Virus record (IMG/VR): IMGVR_UViG_3300044707_000881
DNA: 22,482 bases
Strand: one strand, 5' to 3'
Source: an uncultured virus (IMG/VR IMGVR_UViG_3300044707_000881)
Lineage: Duplodnaviria > Heunggongvirae > Uroviricota > Caudoviricetes
Within the stretch, counting starts at the first letter, position 1. Every line of letters starts with the position of its first letter. The notes beneath the pieces were generated by a model. The model was not told the origin of the DNA. It saw only the letters and a program-made list of their open reading frames with translations, and did not search any database. Positions 16,973 through 22,482 of this stretch are shown here, in pieces. The translations under genes were made by a program, and so were the position numbers.

Positions 16973-17919
16973 GGCGCAAAACTCCTAGCACGAATGGTAA
17001 AAGATTCACTATTTACAGCAGGTGTGAAAGCACCATTAGTAACCACATATCCAAACAGAGAAGTACCTGTTAGTTTATAAAGTTGGTTCAAGTTTCTTGT
17101 TTCAGCAACTACACTACCACCACCTTGAGCTAATAATGCAGATAAGGTTATTCCTCTAGGATTCATAATACTTGCTCTATCTTCTGAAGATATAGAAAAT
17201 GCTAAGTTATCAGCTATAGCTGATGGTGGAGTTACTGAATATAAGTACAGAGTAAAACTACTCATGCCTGATGGAACTGCTGTGATATTAAAGATAATAT
17301 CTAAGCTTTCAATAAATACAAATCCACCACTAGCACCAATATTTGTTAACTCAAATACACCGCCATAAACATCATTAGCCGTATACGGTGTAACGTTAGC
17401 AGGTCTTGTTACTAGCCTCGACGCAACATAAGCTAGTCCTGCTGGAACAGTCCCTATATTAAAAGTAGGTGTAGATGTAAATGCTGGTAATGTACCACTG
17501 ATACCCACAGAGGTTGGTGGGGTAAGTGTGGTAATTTGTGCGGCTGGTAAAACAACTGGCACGCTTGCGGTAGCTAGAGCCTGCCCTAATACTGGAGTTT
17601 TGGTGTCAATATTAGATAAAGATGTATTGGCGGTAGTTTGTAAACTACTAGTAGCAGCACCGCTTGGTAAAGGCAGGCTACTAGCACTTACAGGTTGTGT
17701 TGCTTGCCAGAATGTACCGTCTACAGTAATACTACCGCCTGCATCGCTTATTGGAATAGGATTACCGACATCATTAGCGATCTCCAAAGAAGCATTGCCG
17801 ACCGTGACATTTAAGCTACCAACTTCTACAGGGATTTTGCCGTTGGACAATACAGGGATGCGATCTCTCGTTACCCCCCAAATAGCTGACAACAAATCTT
17901 TGATATCTGATAAAGCCAT
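16969..17919 (-). CDS. Thr/Ser/Ala/Pro-rich putative virion fibre/decoration protein
   Basis: Low-complexity stalk (GTFWQATQPVSASSLPLPSGAATS) and beta-rich C-terminal domain (VTRPANVTPYTANDV); overlaps the propeller start. Confidence 0.5.
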   Translation of the reverse strand: MALSDIKDLLSAIWGVTRDRIPVLSNGKIPVEVGSLNVTVGNASLEIANDVGNPIPISDAGGSITVDGTFWQATQPVSASSLPLPSGAATSSLQTTANTSLSNIDTKTPVLGQALATASVPVVLPAAQITTLTPPTSVGISGTLPAFTSTPTFNIGTVPAGLAYVASRLVTRPANVTPYTANDVYGGVFELTNIGASGGFVFIESLDIIFNITAVPSGMSSFTLYLYSVTPPSAIADNLAFSISSEDRASIMNPRGITLSALLAQGGGSVVAETRNLNQLYKLTGTSLFGYVVTNGAFTPAVNSESFTIRARSFAP

Positions 17920-17983
17920 AAGTTTTTACATTTTAATTTATTTTTCCCAGTGGGAAATATATTAAAAATTTTGATTCAACCTT

Positions 17984-18763
17984 ATGTCGCTAGAACCAGA
18001 AATCCTTGCAGCTATTCAAGAAGCCGTCAAAGGCACGATAACGGAAGTTGTTAAGCCCCTATCAGAACAGCTAGAAAAAGTCCAGTACGACAACGGGAAG
18101 TTGACTGAAGCATTAACAGGGTTATCAACCTCAATCCCTAGCCAACTTGACGAACGGTTTGGGGCGATTAATCCGACCTTGGAATTTTTAAACGAACTCA
18201 GGAAAGAAGCCGAAGCGGAACAACAGGAAAAACCCAAAAAACAATCTGAAATTGATGCAGCTTTAGTTAAAGCTAAACAGGAATACGAGGCTAAATTTAA
18301 CCAGCTTCAACGAGAACTTGAGGAACGGGACAAAGAAGCTCAAGCCCTCAGAGAAGCGGATCGCAAATCTCGCATGAGAAATGATGTATTAGGGCAGATG
18401 AGAGCGCTTGGTACGGTACGTCCAAATACGGAAGAGGATTTACTGACTCTCCTAGAAAAACGCGGCTTGATTGTCGAAGATGGCGATAAATTTTTCGTTA
18501 AATCTCAGGATAAATTTGGCGGACAAATTAACGCCGAATTTAAAGATATTCTACCCAAAATGCTGGAGTCAGATTTTGCTCACTTTGCCGTCCCGCGCGG
18601 TGGCACTGGAACAGATGGACAGCCGGGAAATCGTGCGCCTCAAACTTCTCAATATAACTTTGGTGGTATGACTGCTCAGGAAATTTACGACACTTACAGC
18701 AAAGATCCTGAAGCGATGAAAGCTTATAACCAACTACTCGAACAGCAGTTCGGGAAAGCTTAA
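17984..18763 (+). CDS. Capsid scaffolding protein
   Basis: Charged coiled-coil with GGTG C-terminal linker, directly upstream of the capsid gene. Confidence 0.75.
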   Translation: MSLEPEILAAIQEAVKGTITEVVKPLSEQLEKVQYDNGKLTEALTGLSTSIPSQLDERFGAINPTLEFLNELRKEAEAEQQEKPKKQSEIDAALVKAKQEYEAKFNQLQRELEERDKEAQALREADRKSRMRNDVLGQMRALGTVRPNTEEDLLTLLEKRGLIVEDGDKFFVKSQDKFGGQINAEFKDILPKMLESDFAHFAVPRGGTGTDGQPGNRAPQTSQYNFGGMTAQEIYDTYSKDPEAMKAYNQLLEQQFGKA

Positions 18764-18790
18764 TTCAAATAATTCTTAAAAGGAATTTTT

Positions 18791-20110
18791 ATGCCACCAA
18801 CCTTTACCGCTAATGATGCACTTTTAGAAACTCGCATTGCCCAAAGTGCATTAACCCAATTAAACCTGATGGCGATGTACCCCCGTGTCGCTGTCACTAA
18901 CTACGAACCCGGTGCTTTTGAAGTTGGCAATGATGTTAAAATCCGTCGTCCCAAGCGTCGCCGTGCCACTGAATTAAATCCCCGTTCTGCGGCTGGTACT
19001 TTTAATGAAGCTGCGTTTTTCTCAGGTTCTATCACCTTAGAAAAACTTTGGTTTGATGGCTGGCAGACTTACGGAATTGATCCACGTCAAACCATTGAAA
19101 AATATTTAGCGGAAACTGGATCTCAAATGGCGGATGCGATCGCTACGCCAAATGATGAGTACATGAACTCATTATTCACTACTTGGACGGCAACGACTGG
19201 CACGGTGGCTTTAGGTGCTAACGCTCCGGTAGGTGTTGCGGCTTGTGTAGATTCCACTACCGGTGCATTGACCAATTTCAATAGTGCCGGGTTAGTTGGC
19301 GCGGGTGTAATTCTTGATAGAGAGAATGTTCCTAAAACTGACAGATTTGGGTTAATTTCCCCTGTTGCGGCTGGTGCATTCTTGCAGGATTCCGTAGCTA
19401 TTACCGGATTTGCGGCTGCAACCATTGGCGGTGGTCAAGCAATCCAAAATGGTTTTCAATCATTCCTACCCCGGTTTGGTTTCTTGGTTGGACAAAGTAA
19501 CGTCATTTCTAGCCAAGCTGGTGTTGCAGATTTAGACACTAACGCAGGTGTACAGGCAACTTTAGCGATCGCATCAGTTGCCGCTAATACTGATTTCACC
19601 TACGCTGACAACGCCGCGACTACCTCCGTCGGTGCGGTTAATTTAACCCTAACTTGTACCACAGCCTTATCTACTAGCGTGGCAGTTGGGCAAATCATCA
19701 GAATTGGTACAAGTGGCGTAGCTAAAGCATTTGGCGTGATTTTGAGGCTGGATAAAACCACAGCCACCGCGCCCGTCGTTACTGTTGTGCCTTTCTCCCC
19801 CAATGGCGCAAAACTATTGGCAGCGCAAATCATTCCCGGTACTGACTTGTTTAGTGTGCCTAGTATCCCATCAATCAACACTGTCAACCACCGTGAAGGC
19901 TTATTGATGGCTACCCGTCGGATTGCTGAACCATCCCCCGGTAGTGGTGCGGTAGCTGCTTCAATTACCGACCCCGACACAAACCTGACCATTCAGGTAT
20001 TCCGGGGCAACTACGACACCGGAACAGTAAGCGAGAAAAACGCTTACTATATGCTGACTGGTTCTAAAATCAGCGACTTCCGTAAATGTGCGTTAATCCT
20101 ATCTCTGTAA
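18791..20110 (+). CDS. Major capsid protein (P22 coat-like, with insertion domain)
   Basis: FEVGNDVKIRRPKR, LDRENVPKTDRFGLISP, HREGLLMATR motifs; AAGGA RBS. Confidence 0.85.
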   Translation: MPPTFTANDALLETRIAQSALTQLNLMAMYPRVAVTNYEPGAFEVGNDVKIRRPKRRRATELNPRSAAGTFNEAAFFSGSITLEKLWFDGWQTYGIDPRQTIEKYLAETGSQMADAIATPNDEYMNSLFTTWTATTGTVALGANAPVGVAACVDSTTGALTNFNSAGLVGAGVILDRENVPKTDRFGLISPVAAGAFLQDSVAITGFAAATIGGGQAIQNGFQSFLPRFGFLVGQSNVISSQAGVADLDTNAGVQATLAIASVAANTDFTYADNAATTSVGAVNLTLTCTTALSTSVAVGQIIRIGTSGVAKAFGVILRLDKTTATAPVVTVVPFSPNGAKLLAAQIIPGTDLFSVPSIPSINTVNHREGLLMATRRIAEPSPGSGAVAASITDPDTNLTIQVFRGNYDTGTVSEKNAYYMLTGSKISDFRKCALILSL

Positions 20111-20113
20111 TTT

Positions 20114-20440
20114 ATGCCTATACTTTTTGCGCCAGACGGTCAAGGGGTACAGGTTCATGAAATGCAGGTAAATAGCTTTTTGCAGCAGGGGTACAGGACG
20201 ACTGACCCCACTGAAGTTAAACCCGCACCTAGACCAGTCACCCCGCCCAAAGAACCGGACACAAGCTTGATTTTGATTAATTCCGCATCCCTTAAAGATT
20301 TAACGGAAAAATTGGGATTGACAACAGCCCAATCTAAGGAGGTCAGGGACGGCAGACCCTATGCCAGTGTTGAGGATTTAATCGCCAAAATCCCCGCTGT
20401 TCAATGGACCACATTCACTAATTTAAGTTACGAGGTGTAG
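20114..20440 (+). CDS. Helix-hairpin-helix (ComEA/PsbU-like) domain protein
   Basis: ILINSASLKDLTEKLGLTTAQSKEVRDGRPYASVEDL after a Pro-rich linker. Confidence 0.7.
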   Translation: MPILFAPDGQGVQVHEMQVNSFLQQGYRTTDPTEVKPAPRPVTPPKEPDTSLILINSASLKDLTEKLGLTTAQSKEVRDGRPYASVEDLIAKIPAVQWTTFTNLSYEV

Positions 20441-20441
20441 G

Positions 20442-20807
20442 ATGCTGACTGATCACGAAATCGGGTTGCTTTACGAAGTGTACGAAATCACCATGCGAGA
20501 TAATACCGTTGTCTCCGGTGGTAGTGGTCAGTCGCGCCTTATGCCGGATTTATTTAGCAGTGGGCAATCCATTCGGCAAAGACTGCAATCATCAATAGAA
20601 CAAATCAATCTTTTCCCCTCTCAAGTTGAGAGGGTTCAGGCGATTCTCGCAGAATTTGAAGAACTTAGCCTAGACCCTTCAAAAATAGATAAAGACGGCT
20701 ATCAATTACGCCCAGCTAATAATTTAGCCGCTATTAGGAGAAGGTTGTATATTTACACCGGGATACTATTTAATTCATCTGCCACCCAAAGACTATCAGT
20801 AGGATAA
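20442..20807 (+). CDS. Putative head-completion/adaptor protein
   Basis: 121-aa helical protein in the post-capsid position; function inferred from synteny only. Confidence 0.45.
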   Translation: MLTDHEIGLLYEVYEITMRDNTVVSGGSGQSRLMPDLFSSGQSIRQRLQSSIEQINLFPSQVERVQAILAEFEELSLDPSKIDKDGYQLRPANNLAAIRRRLYIYTGILFNSSATQRLSVG

Positions 20808-21157
20808 TGCTAATTTTATTGTTGCTATTACCAAACGGAATTAAACAAGAATATAGCTTTGAGGCTAATAGCAGCATAAAAATAGGTAGCGATCCTATCT
20901 GTGATGTCGTAATTCCTAGCGATATTGTTGATAAGGTGCATTGCACTTTAATTTTATATTACGACGATGTTTTTTATTATTTATTGTTTGATGGTGAAAT
21001 CCAGGGAAGCCCGTCTAATAGCGGCACTTGGGTTAATAATAAGAGAATTTTTCTAAGGCGTAAGGTCAACAATCGGGATGTAGTAACGTTTTCTGAAGAT
21101 TATATTTATCCCCATTTAATATTATTTCCTGATGGGAGGAATATTGACGGAGTGTAA
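20807..21157 (+). CDS. Stand-alone FHA-domain protein with degenerate pThr-binding residues
   Basis: IKIGSDPICDVVIPSDIVDKVHCTL...FDG.....SNSGTWVNNKRI...DVVTF. Confidence 0.8.
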   Translation: MLILLLLLPNGIKQEYSFEANSSIKIGSDPICDVVIPSDIVDKVHCTLILYYDDVFYYLLFDGEIQGSPSNSGTWVNNKRIFLRRKVNNRDVVTFSEDYIYPHLILFPDGRNIDGV

Positions 21158-21162
21158 AATCA

Positions 21163-21633
21163 ATGAGAACTAAAACAATAATCTTATTCGCCATTTCTAT
21201 TCTATCTTTTGCCTTTTTAGTTATTAGTAAAAAACTTGGTTTGTCGTGGGTAGAAATATTAGGAATATTTATAGGATTACTTGGGCTTGTTTTGTCGGTG
21301 TGGCTGGGTTTTAAGTCTGTCAGTGATGCTGAACAAAGTTCAATCAGAGATGTAAAAAAAGATTTAATTTCTTTGATTGAGAATATTAAACATGACAAGG
21401 AAGCGACGGATAGATCCCAAAACAAGGATCTTGAATTTGTTAAACAGCAAACGTCCTTATTGTCGGGGATAATTCAAGAGCAAAACCGCATTAACGCCGA
21501 AATATCCAGTATGGCGCGAGATTTTGAGCAGCTATCCGCAGCACTCGCGCAAAACTCAAAGTATACCGAAGTGCTGAAACGTCAATCTAATATTGAGCGG
21601 CGGGTTGAGAAGCTGGAAAATGCGAATCATTAG
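21163..21633 (+). CDS. Membrane protein: two N-terminal TM helices plus coiled coil
   Basis: IILFAISILSFAFLVI and ILGIFIGLLGLVLSVWLGF hydrophobic segments. Confidence 0.7.
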   Translation: MRTKTIILFAISILSFAFLVISKKLGLSWVEILGIFIGLLGLVLSVWLGFKSVSDAEQSSIRDVKKDLISLIENIKHDKEATDRSQNKDLEFVKQQTSLLSGIIQEQNRINAEISSMARDFEQLSAALAQNSKYTEVLKRQSNIERRVEKLENANH

Positions 21634-21751
21634 GTGAAACTATTGAAACATCAATAGGATAATTTTCTACCCCAAAAATAAATAGGTAAAAGTCACAATT
21701 CGCTTTATCACTAAGTAAAGGTATCCTCATGTATAACATGAGGATTTTTTT

Positions 21752-22234
21752 ATGCTGAAAAATATCGTTTTAACTGGTGTTTTGTCGTTGTCTACCGCGT
21801 TACCTGTGTTAGCAAAACCTTATCCTGTGTATCCAACAGAATCAGAATTTTTGCGGTATGAATATGGATTAGCCAGCTTTTTCAATAACTCCAGCACAGC
21901 ACAACACAACAGCATATATATACGGAAAAGTGACCGCCAGAGAAGATTTGATGGGCAGATAGTCTGTGGTATGTTGACGGACTATTCGGTGGGGAAATAC
22001 TTGTCTATCAGGATTCAGACGATAAAAATAGTTGACAGAAGCGATCCTAAAAAAATGACTGACGAGCTTGCCTATTTATTCGGCGTTACTGCGTCAGCTA
22101 TTGACAATATGTGTAGCGAAAATCGAGCGCAGTTTATTGATCTAATGGATGAAGTGACGTACTCCACACACTCCCTTTCAGGTGAGTGTGGGCTTCTCAG
22201 TGACTCCTCTATGAGGACATTAACTGAGCTTTAA
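21752..22234 (+). CDS. Secreted protein whose 3' end is interrupted by an IS-derived element
   Basis: Signal peptide MLKNIVLTGVLSLSTALPVLA; codons after 22153 read through the IS right end. Confidence 0.65.
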   Translation: MLKNIVLTGVLSLSTALPVLAKPYPVYPTESEFLRYEYGLASFFNNSSTAQHNSIYIRKSDRQRRFDGQIVCGMLTDYSVGKYLSIRIQTIKIVDRSDPKKMTDELAYLFGVTASAIDNMCSENRAQFIDLMDEVTYSTHSLSGECGLLSDSSMRTLTEL

Positions 22235-22482
22235 GACCGTGCGCCCCACGGTTCTTTGGTTTTGAGATTTGTTTTTTGTTTTGTAGGCTGCATTTCTGCA
22301 TTTAATTGGACTACACCTACTTTTTTATAATAACATAAAATCAATATTTTGTTCGTTTCGTCGCTGTAGCCTTCTTTGTTTTCGCTACGCTCAAATACAA
22401 TTTGGGCTACGCAACTCAACTCACGCGCATTCATCCCACGCTCCTAAGAGTGAGACGTGGGGCTTCTGCTGATTAAGCTAAA
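22154..22482 (-). mobile_element. Non-autonomous IS200/IS605-family element (LE and RE hairpins, no tnpA/tnpB)
   Basis: Minus-strand RE: GAAG-CCCACACTC-ACCTGAAAGG-GAGTGTGTGG-AGTACG-TCAC. LE: GAAG-CCCCACGTCTC-ACTCTTAG-GAGCGTGGG. tnpB-tail-like ACCGTGGGGCGCACGG. Confidence 0.75.

Larger units (their letters stand above)
1..22482. mobile_element. Temperate cyanophage genome segment (lysogeny, replication and head modules), probably non-integrated form
   Basis: Integrase next to a tRNA-derived att core, repressor/cro-like switch, initiator+DnaB, portal, scaffold, capsid and tail-assembly genes. HIP1 octamers at 1592, 2762, 5813, 13025, 15197, 15435, 19136, 19565. Confidence 0.93.

Noticed and set aside
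20114..20440. Photosystem II psbU auxiliary metabolic gene
   Set aside because: Only a generic HhH similarity; no thylakoid signal peptide; post-capsid position
173..21425. Numerous antisense/alternate-frame ORFs in the track (e.g. 4429-4827, 13315-13704, 17528-17965, 19600-19992)
   Set aside because: Shadow ORFs overlapping well-supported genes, with no motifs of their own
22231..22434. 67-aa minus-strand ORF
   Set aside because: Lies in the IS-derived element across its structured non-coding ends; likely spurious

Overview
Part of a temperate cyanobacterial phage (at least 8 HIP1 GCGATCGC sites, cyanobacterial-type integrase and DnaB). It appears to be in its excised/circular configuration: an attP core (3' half of tRNA-Arg(UCU) plus terminator and arm-type repeats) has phage genes on both sides. 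Left to right: two unknown ORFs, a lambda gpK-like JAB+NlpC/P60 gene, a tRNA-like ncRNA unit, attP and the integrase. Next come a PAS-domain gene convergent on a peptidase-less Xre repressor, three 20-bp-spaced operator repeats, and an early operon of small DNA-binding proteins. The replication module follows (initiator with internal iterons, DnaB, Myb-like repeat protein, adenine MTase). The head module has a portal, an inverted three-gene cassette with a 7-blade propeller showing hypervariable, shuffled blades, a scaffold, a P22-like coat protein and accessory genes including a degenerate FHA protein. At the right edge a non-autonomous IS200/IS605 element retaining an omegaRNA-like right end interrupts a secreted-protein gene. 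All assignments come from motif recognition by eye; no database searches were run.
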